This document shows, piece after piece, positions 1 to 8,950 of a stretch of DNA of 64,000 nucleotides (position 1 is its first letter; each line of letters starts with the position of its first letter). This DNA comes from an uncultured Acidobacteriota bacterium (GTDB lineage: Bacteria > Acidobacteriota > UBA6911 > RPQK01 > CBDAPI01): positions 12,313 to 76,312 of the forward strand of contig CAZMUJ010000071.1 of the NCBI GenBank assembly GCA_964569605.1. The letters are read 5' to 3'. The position numbers were made by a program, and so were the translations under genes. Below the pieces are notes generated by a model. It ran no database searches, was not told where the DNA came from, and worked only from the letters and a program-made list of their open reading frames with translations.

Positions 1-336
1 GGCGCTCTGCCATTTCAGGAATGGCGATTTCTTCGGCTAGTCTTAACAAAGTTTTTCTTTGAAAACTTGCTACCTTAGAGTTCAAGGCTTCAGGCGAACG
101 AACAAAGTCATCTGCGCTCGCCATTGTAGGTGTGACTATGAGAATTTCTCTAGAATCCAGGCTGGCTACCCACTTCCATGCCTCCTTAATAAGTGGTGGA
201 AAAGAATTAGATATTAGAAACGAATGCATTGGGAAAAGAGATACAACAGAATAGGGCTGATTGTCGAGACAAGGAAATAATGAATAAGACTTTCGTAGAA
301 CGTTTAAAAGAGGACTGTTAAACTTCTAAGGCACTT

Positions 337-621
337 ATGATAGGCATGAAACGCTTGATCGTCCCTTTGGTATTTCTCGCTTTTGCAGGAATTGTGGTCT
401 ATTCAACCATGAAATTAAAAGTAATATCTTGTTTTGTTTGTGTTGAGTATCGTGGACTTACCAATTGCGCCTCTGCTTCTGGAAGCACTAAAGAAGAAGC
501 CCGGCAAACAGCTGTAACAGTGGCTTGTGCTCCGATTTCTTCGGGAGTAACGGAAAGTATTGCATGTTCAAACAGCCCCCGAGTTCGGGAAGAGTGTGAC
601 AAGGTAAGAACAGGCAATTAA
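337..621 (+). CDS. hypothetical small secreted Cys-rich protein
   Basis: 94-aa ORF with a hydrophobic N-terminal segment (LIVPLVFLAFAGIVVYS) and 7 Cys. No family recognised; coding status unverified. Confidence 0.3.
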   Translation: MIGMKRLIVPLVFLAFAGIVVYSTMKLKVISCFVCVEYRGLTNCASASGSTKEEARQTAVTVACAPISSGVTESIACSNSPRVREECDKVRTGN

Positions 622-681
622 GAACAATCCTATGCTTACATGCCATTGCATTGGCCGAAAAGACGGAGATGAAAAGCCGCT

Positions 682-1689
682 ATGATTCGAAGCGTTTGTT
701 TTCTGTTTTTTTTCCTGATTATTGGGGGGAGTTGTGAACTACAAAGACAGTCCCACTCTAAAGCCAGCATAGCATTTGTCACAAATGGAGTAGCCTCTTT
801 TTGGACAATCGCGGCAAAAGGTGTGGAAAACGCTGGAGAAAAATTCAAGGTTGCGGTTTCGGTACACATGCCCGCCGAGGGAATTAGTGATCAGAAGCGT
901 ATAATTCAAGATCTACTGACTTTTGGAGTGGATGGAATCGCTATTAGTCCTATCGATCCTGAAAATCAGAAGGATCTCATCGATGAAGCGGCCCGTAAAA
1001 GCCTGATTATTACCCAGGATTCGGATGCTCCCGGAACGAACCGTTTGTGCTACATCGGAATGGATAACTATAAAGCAGGAAGACTCTGTGGGCAGCTCCT
1101 TAAGGAGGCCCTTCCCGAGGGGGGGGAAATCATGATTCTAGTGGGACGGCTCGAACAGAACAACTCCCGTCGACGGCGCCAGGGATTCATCGACGAAGTT
1201 CTCGACCGATCATACAACCCAACAAGGTATGATCCACCTCACCAGGTTTTAAAAAACGAAAAGTTTTCTGTTGTGGGAACCTTAACGGATCAATTTGATT
1301 TAGCAAAAGCAAAAGCAAATGCTGAAGATGCAATGGCTCGATTTCCAGATCTTGCTGCAATGGTTGGTCTCTTTGCCTACAATCCGCCTATGATTCTAGA
1401 AGCTGTCCGGCGAACAGATCGCTTAGGAGAGATAGTAATCATCGCATTTGACGAGGACTACCAAACTCTGCAAGCTATTCAGGACGGAGAGATTTATGGA
1501 ACTATAGTTCAGGATCCTTACAGGTATGGTTACGAATCCGTGCGAATTTTGGCAGCTTTGGTAGCTGGAGATTATTCCGTAATCCCTGCTGAGGGATTCG
1601 TGGACATTCCAGCACGGCAGATTAGGCGTAACAATGTTGACGATTTTTGGGCGGATCTAAAATTGAAACTCTCAAAGCCAAAAATTTGA
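682..1689 (+). CDS. sugar ABC transporter substrate-binding lipoprotein (periplasmic binding protein type I, RbsB-like)
   Basis: Lipobox (IGGSC) after the N-terminal signal. It has a type-I periplasmic sugar-binding fold and is about 70% identical to the ORF at 5190-6185. It sits immediately upstream of the ABC ATPase and permease. Confidence 0.7.
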   Translation: MIRSVCFLFFFLIIGGSCELQRQSHSKASIAFVTNGVASFWTIAAKGVENAGEKFKVAVSVHMPAEGISDQKRIIQDLLTFGVDGIAISPIDPENQKDLIDEAARKSLIITQDSDAPGTNRLCYIGMDNYKAGRLCGQLLKEALPEGGEIMILVGRLEQNNSRRRRQGFIDEVLDRSYNPTRYDPPHQVLKNEKFSVVGTLTDQFDLAKAKANAEDAMARFPDLAAMVGLFAYNPPMILEAVRRTDRLGEIVIIAFDEDYQTLQAIQDGEIYGTIVQDPYRYGYESVRILAALVAGDYSVIPAEGFVDIPARQIRRNNVDDFWADLKLKLSKPKI

Positions 1690-1711
1690 TCTATTTGCCA
1701 AAGGGATTTCC

Positions 1712-3277
1712 TTGTTAGAAACTCCCTTGTCCCGTATCAGGAAGTATCCGTCACGAATGAACCAAACAGTCAACAACACTGCAATGAACAATGATTCCCT
1801 CCTTTCTGTTCTAGCTGTTTCCAAAAATTTCTCCGGAGTACAGGCCCTGACTGGGGTCAATCTACATCTAATGTCGGGAGAACGGCTGGCCTTGATCGGC
1901 CAAAACGGCGCTGGGAAAAGTACGTTGATGAAAATTCTAGCTGGCGTTTTCCCAGCAGACTGTGGACAAATCAAAATCAGAGGAACACCCGTTCAAATAT
2001 ACTCTGTATCCGATGCCCTGAAACATGGAATTGCCCTAATTCACCAAGAACTCAACCTCGTACCTAATCTAGACATCGGCTCAAACATTTTCTTGGGACG
2101 TGAGCCTCAGCATCTAGGCCTAATTGACCCTAAGCTAATCCACCGGAATTCTTCCCAATATCTAAAGATGGTGGGATTGGATGTTTCACCTGCCCGACTT
2201 GTCCGTTCCTTGTCAATCGGACAGAGACAATTGGTAGAAATTGCAAAAGCCTTAGCAACTGATGCTCAAATCTTAATTATGGACGAGCCCACTTCCAGTC
2301 TTAGCCCTCATGAAACTAATCTGTTATTTGAGGTTATTAAGGATTTAAGTAACAAAGGTGTCGGCATCATCTACATTTCCCATCGGCTAGGAGAAGTGAA
2401 AAGTGTCGCGACTCGAGTTGAAGTTCTCCGAGACGGAAGAAATGCTGGCAGCCTGGAAAAAGATTTGATCAGTCACAACCGTATGGTCAGTCTAATGGTT
2501 GGTAGGAATATTGCTCAGTTCTACCAACATCTCAAGAGGCATTCGGCTGCAATTATTCTAAAAGTAGAGAACCTACGTACTCAAGCTTTCCCTAACAAGT
2601 CTCTTTCTTTTCAAATCAAGGCAGGCGAAATCGTAGGCATGGGTGGACTGGTCGGAGCTGGTAGAACTGCCATATTGCAGACAATCTTCGGTATTTTTCG
2701 TCCCCTTTCAGGTTATGTGTCCATTTCAGGAAAAATATTACGCCCAGGATCTCCCTTGGAGGCAATTCAAAAAGGGATCGCACTTGTCCCAGGGAATCGA
2801 CAGGAAAATGCTCTTATTCTCGACACGACAGTCCGATTTAATCTGAGCCTAGCTAGCCTCAGACGGGATCAAAAACTCGGATTTGTAGGTCAGAGAAGAG
2901 AAAAAGTCTTGGTCAACCAAATAATCAACCGTTTGAGCATTAGGGGTACAGGATCTGAACAGCTTGTAAAGTATCTCTCTGGTGGCAACCAGCAAAAGGT
3001 GGTCCTGGGAAGATGGTTGGCTATGAGTCCCTCAATACTGCTTCTAGACGAACCTACGCGGGGAGTAGATGTAGGATCAAAACAGCAAATTTATAGGGTT
3101 ATTGAGGAACTTGCGGCTAAGGGAGTTGCCGTTCTATTTGTTTCCAGCGAAATGGAGGAGCTACTTGGTTTGTCTGATCGAATAATTGTGGTACATGAGG
3201 GAGGGATTTCAGGAGATTTTCCAAGCAACCAATCAAGTGAAAACAAGGTCCTCAATCTAGCCAGCGGAATACAGTAA
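1712..3277 (+). CDS. sugar ABC transporter ATP-binding protein with two fused NBDs (RbsA/MglA/XylG-like)
   Basis: Two Walker A motifs (GQNGAGKST; GLVGAGRTA) and two ABC signature-like motifs (LSIGQRQ; LSGGNQQK). Length 521 aa. The true start may be the downstream Met at about 1757 (MNQTVNN). Confidence 0.85.
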   Translation: MLETPLSRIRKYPSRMNQTVNNTAMNNDSLLSVLAVSKNFSGVQALTGVNLHLMSGERLALIGQNGAGKSTLMKILAGVFPADCGQIKIRGTPVQIYSVSDALKHGIALIHQELNLVPNLDIGSNIFLGREPQHLGLIDPKLIHRNSSQYLKMVGLDVSPARLVRSLSIGQRQLVEIAKALATDAQILIMDEPTSSLSPHETNLLFEVIKDLSNKGVGIIYISHRLGEVKSVATRVEVLRDGRNAGSLEKDLISHNRMVSLMVGRNIAQFYQHLKRHSAAIILKVENLRTQAFPNKSLSFQIKAGEIVGMGGLVGAGRTAILQTIFGIFRPLSGYVSISGKILRPGSPLEAIQKGIALVPGNRQENALILDTTVRFNLSLASLRRDQKLGFVGQRREKVLVNQIINRLSIRGTGSEQLVKYLSGGNQQKVVLGRWLAMSPSILLLDEPTRGVDVGSKQQIYRVIEELAAKGVAVLFVSSEMEELLGLSDRIIVVHEGGISGDFPSNQSSENKVLNLASGIQ

Positions 3278-3327
3278 AACTGGACCCATTCTACTGACTA
3301 CTGCTACCTTCTATTTAACGGGAAAGC

Positions 3328-4323
3328 ATGAAAAAATTACTAGGGATTTTTGGATTACTGGTTGTTGTTTGCCTAATTACAGCTATATTCAGTGACCGTT
3401 TTCTGACTTCGTACAATATTGAAAATGTGATTCGAAGAAGCGCTCTTTTTGGAATCATCAGTATCGGAGCTTCTTTTGTGATCATCACCGCTGGGATTGA
3501 CCTGTCGATTGGATCGGTCATCTGTCTAACCGGAGTCTTTCTCCCAAATCTCTTAACCCAATTCGGTGTTTCCGTCCCATTTGCCCTGCTTTTAGCACTG
3601 AGCGTTCCCTTGCTATTGGGTTCGGTCCATGGACTTCTGATTACTCGCCTGAATCTTCAACCCTTCGTGGTGACACTCTGTGGACTTCTTCTTTACCGTG
3701 GCTTAGCCCGGGGTCTTACTTCTGATCAAACCCAAGGTTTTGGAAATGATTTTACGCATCTACGAACTCTTGCTACTGGGAAAATTCCTCTCCCTTTTGT
3801 AGATGGTTTTTCTATCCCCGTCCCGTGTCTCATTTTGGTGATCGTAGCCAGCCTGGGAGCCACTGTTCTGAATAGAACCATCTACGGACGCTATTTATTG
3901 GCAGTAGGCGGCAACGAAGAGGCTGCTCGCTACAGCGGAATTAATACGGACAAGATAAAATTAATGGCCTATGTAATCAGCAGTGGTCTTGCTGGCTTGG
4001 GAGGGATGCTCTTCGTACTGGATGTCAACTCTGCACAACCTGTTGACTTTGGAAATTTCTACGAGCTATATGCAATTGCTGCTGCTGTTCTAGGGGGGTG
4101 TAGTCTGCGAGGAGGGGAAGGAACTATTCTCGGAGTTGTAATCGGAGCTACGCTAATGCAAGTGCTACGCAACTCAATCACTCTTCTCGGAATTCCCACT
4201 CAGCTAGAATTTGCGATTATTGGAGCAGTGATTCTTGCCGGTGTGATGGCGGATGAAACACTAAAGTTGATGATAGCCCATCGTCGGAAAGTCTTGACTA
4301 TAAGCCGCCGCTCTAAGCCCTAG
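3328..4323 (+). CDS. sugar ABC transporter permease (RbsC/XylH-like)
   Basis: 331-aa polytopic membrane protein that resembles monosaccharide ABC permeases. It follows the ATPase in an operon arrangement. Confidence 0.8.
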   Translation: MKKLLGIFGLLVVVCLITAIFSDRFLTSYNIENVIRRSALFGIISIGASFVIITAGIDLSIGSVICLTGVFLPNLLTQFGVSVPFALLLALSVPLLLGSVHGLLITRLNLQPFVVTLCGLLLYRGLARGLTSDQTQGFGNDFTHLRTLATGKIPLPFVDGFSIPVPCLILVIVASLGATVLNRTIYGRYLLAVGGNEEAARYSGINTDKIKLMAYVISSGLAGLGGMLFVLDVNSAQPVDFGNFYELYAIAAAVLGGCSLRGGEGTILGVVIGATLMQVLRNSITLLGIPTQLEFAIIGAVILAGVMADETLKLMIAHRRKVLTISRRSKP

Positions 4324-4403
4324 CAACATTTCTGAAACAAACGATCCTTTCTCCAGTATTAATAGTAGAAGTCTGAATTAACAGACTGGAAAGGAGAGCT
4401 ATC

Positions 4404-4823
4404 ATGATGTCGCAAAAGTCAAAAAAGTGTGTCGCTGGGCTTGTCCTAACAGGAAGTTTGTTTCTGTACCCAGTAGAAACTGCCGCGGCTTCGGCTACAC
4501 ACATGAGTGTCCGTTTCGTAAGCCGGACACTTCCAACTGCTTATTCCACTTGGAATGTTCGAAGACCCCTAACAACCAAAGTGATTCGAGTTGAGAAACC
4601 TCGCTACGGCAGTATCGATTTCAACATACGACCCCAAAAATCAAGAATCTATATTAATGGCCAACTTCTAGGTGTTGCAGATGATTTCAACGGCTACCCT
4701 CAAACCGCCAAACTCCTAACTGGATACTATAACGTACGAGTCGTTTCTCCCAGAGGTCAGGTAGAAAAAAGACGTGTATATGTAGCCATAGGTCAAGAGT
4801 TGAATTTCAATTTTCGTTTTTAA
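4404..4823 (+). CDS. secreted PEGA-like domain protein
   Basis: Signal peptide (AGLVLTGSLFLYPVETAAA). The C-terminal roughly 70 aa resemble a PEGA beta-domain (RIYINGQLLG ... GYYNVRVVSPRG). Confidence 0.35.
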   Translation: MMSQKSKKCVAGLVLTGSLFLYPVETAAASATHMSVRFVSRTLPTAYSTWNVRRPLTTKVIRVEKPRYGSIDFNIRPQKSRIYINGQLLGVADDFNGYPQTAKLLTGYYNVRVVSPRGQVEKRRVYVAIGQELNFNFRF

Positions 4824-5189
4824 ATCCATATTTCATTATTATCACCTTTTTTTCGAGAAGGTCAGCAGCACTGTCTCCTGACCTTCCCAATTTTCTGTGG
4901 CATTCCAAGATCCAACGATTAGAAAAAGAATCTCTACAACAAAAACCCTAATTCTTAAAATCCAGAAATCGGGATAATCAAATTGATAACCCATCCGGCC
5001 TGTGACTCTGTGCCAGGGCCTAGCGCTTAGCCAATTCGTAACCAAGAATAAACCAAGCTTTATTAAACACTATCCCTACTGTTCAACTCTAAGATGATTT
5101 GGAGGTAGTCCTAAACAGTATGACGGGTTTCATTGAATCTCAGATCCTGGTGGTTTTGCAGTCTTACGTTTCTCAGCTATCATGCTTAA

Positions 5190-6185
5190 ATGTACTCTAA
5201 AAGGAGTTTATTTCTACTTGTCCTACTGATTTCATCTTGTGTAGGAAATCGAGACTCTTCCAAAATACACCTAGCTTTTGTAACCAATGGTGTGACCTCT
5301 TTTTGGCAGATTGCCAAAGCTGGGGTAGACCATGCAGCCCGTGATTTTGATATCAGGGCCACGGTACAGATGCCGGTTGAAGGAATATCTGATCAAAAGC
5401 GAATAGTCCAAGATCTGCTTACAGTAGGAGTTGATGGAATTGCAATCAGTCCGATTGATCCTTCGAATCAGATCGATTTGATTAATAACACAGCTCGAAA
5501 CACTATTTTGATTACACAGGATTCAGATGCTCCAGGAACTGATCGACTCTGCTATATCGGTATGGACAATTACCTAGCAGGAAGATTGTGCGGTCAGTTG
5601 GTTAAAGAAGCAGTTCCCTTGGGTGGGGAAATCGCCATCCTAGTTGGTCGCCTTGAACAAGATAATGCCCGTCAGAGACGACAAGGGGTCATCGATGAAC
5701 TTTTGGGACGTTCGATGTTGGCACAGAGATATGATGCCCCAGGAACAAGGCTGGAAGGCAACAAATACACAGTGGTAGCTACCTTGACAGATCAGTATGA
5801 TCGAGTTAAAGCAAAAGCAAATGCCGAAGATGTCCTCTCAAGGTTCCCCGATCTGGATGCTATTGTTGGACTATTTGCGTATAACGGCCCTCTTTCCCTA
5901 GAGGCACTCAAGCAGGCTGACCAGGTGGGCAAGATCCAAATTATCGCCTTTGACGAGGCAATCCAGACGCTTCAGGCAATTAAAGAAGGTGCCATCTTTG
6001 GGACGGTTGTCCAAGATCCATACAGATACGGTTATGAATCGATTCGTGTGTTAGCATCCCTAGTAAGAGGAGATAGATCGGTTCTTCCTCCTCAAGGTTT
6101 TCTAAATATTCCAGCTCGGCAAATCCGACAGGATAACATCGAGAACTTTTGGGTAGAATTAAAAACAAAATTAAACAGTAAATAG
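5190..6185 (+). CDS. second sugar-binding lipoprotein, paralog of 682-1689
   Basis: Lipobox LISSC. Long near-identical blocks with the first binding protein (ISDQKRI.QDLLT.GVDGIAISPIDP, ITQDSDAPGT.RLCYIGMDNY.AGRLCGQL, ILVGRLEQ). Confidence 0.7.
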   Translation: MYSKRSLFLLVLLISSCVGNRDSSKIHLAFVTNGVTSFWQIAKAGVDHAARDFDIRATVQMPVEGISDQKRIVQDLLTVGVDGIAISPIDPSNQIDLINNTARNTILITQDSDAPGTDRLCYIGMDNYLAGRLCGQLVKEAVPLGGEIAILVGRLEQDNARQRRQGVIDELLGRSMLAQRYDAPGTRLEGNKYTVVATLTDQYDRVKAKANAEDVLSRFPDLDAIVGLFAYNGPLSLEALKQADQVGKIQIIAFDEAIQTLQAIKEGAIFGTVVQDPYRYGYESIRVLASLVRGDRSVLPPQGFLNIPARQIRQDNIENFWVELKTKLNSK

Positions 6186-6255
6186 ACTGATTGTGAAAAA
6201 CTGGTTTTTTGTGTTTTTCAAAATGCATAGAAAAACTCTTACCTCTATTTCATAA

Positions 6256-7107
6256 ATGATGATTTCTCTTAAAACTTTACAGTTCAGGAGAATACCTGAT
6301 CTTTTTATCCTCGTTTCTATATTCGCGAACCATGCCATCGGAGACGCCAGTCAGAAGTTACAATTTCCCAAAAAAGAAGAATTCCTTGAATGCGCCAGTT
6401 CCAAACTTGCACCTCCAGGAGATCTTTTGCAACTCTATACTTTTAATCTCTTAGAAACTCGAAGGGAATTAGATGCTGAGGGGAAAATTCTAGATTCAAC
6501 AGTCAAGGTTTACGAGGTTTTCCCTAATCCACTAGAAAAATTAACCTATCGCCGACTTTTGTCAGTCAATGGTCAGCTACTAAGCACTCAAAAATTACAA
6601 GAGCAGGATCAGCTCCAGAAAAAACGTATCAAAAAGATTAGAAATAGACGTAAACAGCAAAAGGAATCCCGACGTATGCGTGCAATCCAAGAAGTCTTTC
6701 GGATTTTCCACTTTGAATTCCAAGCTCGAGAAAAAATTGGAAAATATCAGACTATCCGCTTTGGATTTGAAAAAAAACCAGGTCTTAATCCCAGGGATTG
6801 GGACCTGAAAATGCTGACAAAATTTAGAGGAACAGCCTGGATTGACGAATCACAATGTGAACTAGTCCAGCTTGATGCAGAACTCCTGGATACAGTTTCT
6901 TATGGTTTTGGAATTGCAGCTCGGCTTTATGAAGGAACACGAATATTCCTAAAACGCCGTCAGATTAATGCTGAGATCTGGATGGTCGAAAAATCAATTT
7001 TTCGTATGTTCAGTAGGGTGATGCTTTTGAAAACGCTTCGGTTTGAAGTTCTTTCTCAGTATTCTAATTTTCAGAAACACAATCATAATGGACTAAATGC
7101 AAGATAG
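6256..7107 (+). CDS. hypothetical protein, Lys/Arg-rich central region
   Basis: 283-aa ORF with a hydrophobic N-terminal segment and a highly basic coiled-coil-like stretch (QKKRIKKIRNRRKQQKESRRMR). No family recognised. Confidence 0.35.
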   Translation: MMISLKTLQFRRIPDLFILVSIFANHAIGDASQKLQFPKKEEFLECASSKLAPPGDLLQLYTFNLLETRRELDAEGKILDSTVKVYEVFPNPLEKLTYRRLLSVNGQLLSTQKLQEQDQLQKKRIKKIRNRRKQQKESRRMRAIQEVFRIFHFEFQAREKIGKYQTIRFGFEKKPGLNPRDWDLKMLTKFRGTAWIDESQCELVQLDAELLDTVSYGFGIAARLYEGTRIFLKRRQINAEIWMVEKSIFRMFSRVMLLKTLRFEVLSQYSNFQKHNHNGLNAR

Positions 7108-7292
7108 AACTGTTTCGAGAAATATGGCGTACACAATTTGTCCGATTTAATGACAGCTAATTTATGCGTAGTTTAGTAGAACCCAAAACAACATATAAGC
7201 TAGATTGACCACTATAAAAACCTCTTGAGATTCGAAACTAGTCTAGTTCTCTTCTAGACAGAACACTTTCCCTCTTTTATAGTCGAGGAATA

Positions 7293-8837
7293 TTGAGTTA
7301 TCAGTGGAAAAATCCTCCAATTGGTCATTGGAACATCTTTCGCTCTATTGGGCCAGGATTGATTATTGCTGGTTCTATCGTTGGGTCTGGCGAACTGGTT
7401 GCAACTACCAAGACTGGTGCTCAGGCTGGATTCTGGCTGTTGTGGTTAATCTTAATTGGTTGCATTATTAAGGTTTTTGCTCAGGTTGAGTTCGGCCGAG
7501 ATGCTATTACCAGAGGGCAGACGACCCTTGCAAGTCTTAACCAGGTTCCTGGGCCACGGTTACGGGTCAACTGGATTGTCTGGTACTGGTTGATCATGAT
7601 GATGGCAGGAATAGCACAACTTGGAGGAATAGTGGGGGGAGTTGGACAAGCCCTGGCTATCAGCACACCACTGACCCAAGCTGGGAAGGAGTTTAATCTC
7701 CATCACGACAGGATCATCCGTCAAGAAGTGCTATCAGCCCTCGTTAGTAAGCAAAAAAATAAAAGTCGTTTCCCCGACTCAGACAAGCTGAGCCGTCTAA
7801 CTGCCGAACTTGACGAGTTTAATAAGGAAAACAAAGAACATTTGATTGTAGCCCAGTCGCATGATGACGTTTTGTGGGCCTTTTTTCTGACACTAATAAC
7901 TGCAGTAGTCCTAGTTAGAGGACGTTATCGACTAGTACAAACGCTGGCAACAATTCTTGTTACCATTTTCACAGTTGTAACGGTTTGGAATCTATTCGCT
8001 TTACAGAGCTTACCTGACTGGCGTGTAAACTGGGACGAATTTGTGCGGGGACTTAGTTTTCGTCTTCCTCCCCAGGGATTAAGTGAAATATCTTCTCCTA
8101 TGGCTACTGCACTAGCCGCTTTTGGGATCATTGGGGTTGGAGCATCAGAGCTAATCGCTTATCCATACTGGTGCCTGGAAAAGGGCTATGCCGTCTGGAC
8201 AGGAAAGTGTGACGAAAGCGAGGCCTGGATCGAGCGAGCACGGGGATGGATACGAGTACTTCATTGGGATGCCTTCTTGTCAGCATTTATTTACACTTTT
8301 GCAACTGTCGCATTTTATCTCTTAGGAGCTGCTGTTCTTGGTCGTACTAATCTCGATCCAGCAGGCAGTCAAATGATACGAACTCTTTCTGAGATGTACG
8401 TTCCTGTCTTTGGGGAAACAGCCCACACAATCTTTTTATTTGGTTCCATCTCAGTACTTTTTTCCACATTTTTTGTTGCCTCTGCCGGACTGGCTCGGGT
8501 AGTTGCCGACGCCCTTTCAGTCTTTGGTTTGGTACAAAACGACAAGGCCACCAGACAATTTTGGCTTAGACTCTTAAGCGGGATTATACCAGTCTGTTGC
8601 TTTACCGTTTACGCCTTTGTAAAAGCACCCGTCTTCCTCATTCTATTAAGCGGGCTTACCCAGGCAATTATGCTTCCAATGCTAGCTTTTGCTGCGCTCT
8701 ATTTCCGCTATCGGAGATGCCATCCTCAACTGCAGCCAGGCAGATGGTGGGATTTATTTCTCTGGCTGTCAAGTGTGGGTCTTATCATAGCTGGCGTATG
8801 GGCTGCTCTAACTCGCATCGTTCCTGCATTGATCTAA
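7293..8837 (+). CDS. Nramp-related (SLC11-like) membrane transporter, non-canonical
   Basis: TM1 motif GPGLIIAGSIVGSGEL sits at the position of the Nramp GPAFxxAxxYxDPGN motif, followed by a QAGF block. The TM6 region AFGIIGVGASE replaces the MPH motif. There is an internal hydrophilic insert of about 70 aa. Confidence 0.55.
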   Translation: MSYQWKNPPIGHWNIFRSIGPGLIIAGSIVGSGELVATTKTGAQAGFWLLWLILIGCIIKVFAQVEFGRDAITRGQTTLASLNQVPGPRLRVNWIVWYWLIMMMAGIAQLGGIVGGVGQALAISTPLTQAGKEFNLHHDRIIRQEVLSALVSKQKNKSRFPDSDKLSRLTAELDEFNKENKEHLIVAQSHDDVLWAFFLTLITAVVLVRGRYRLVQTLATILVTIFTVVTVWNLFALQSLPDWRVNWDEFVRGLSFRLPPQGLSEISSPMATALAAFGIIGVGASELIAYPYWCLEKGYAVWTGKCDESEAWIERARGWIRVLHWDAFLSAFIYTFATVAFYLLGAAVLGRTNLDPAGSQMIRTLSEMYVPVFGETAHTIFLFGSISVLFSTFFVASAGLARVVADALSVFGLVQNDKATRQFWLRLLSGIIPVCCFTVYAFVKAPVFLILLSGLTQAIMLPMLAFAALYFRYRRCHPQLQPGRWWDLFLWLSSVGLIIAGVWAALTRIVPALI

Positions 8838-8950
8838 CCTGAAACAATTTTGTTGCACTTAATCCTGGGTATTTGACCTCAAAAAAATATTTTGTCAGAA
8901 GTTAAGAAGGATACTCAGGCTAACCAAAAACCTTATTTTTTTAAGGCTGT

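Noticed and set aside
1-124. Open reading frame on the minus strand running off the 5' window edge (starting ATG at 122-124)
   Set aside because: Only 41 codons are visible, there is no clear RBS, and the reading frame is compatible with chance. It is too short to call a gene.
1672-1974. Minus-strand 100-aa ORF overlapping the ABC ATPase start
   Set aside because: It overlaps a strongly supported ABC ATPase gene and has no recognisable features.
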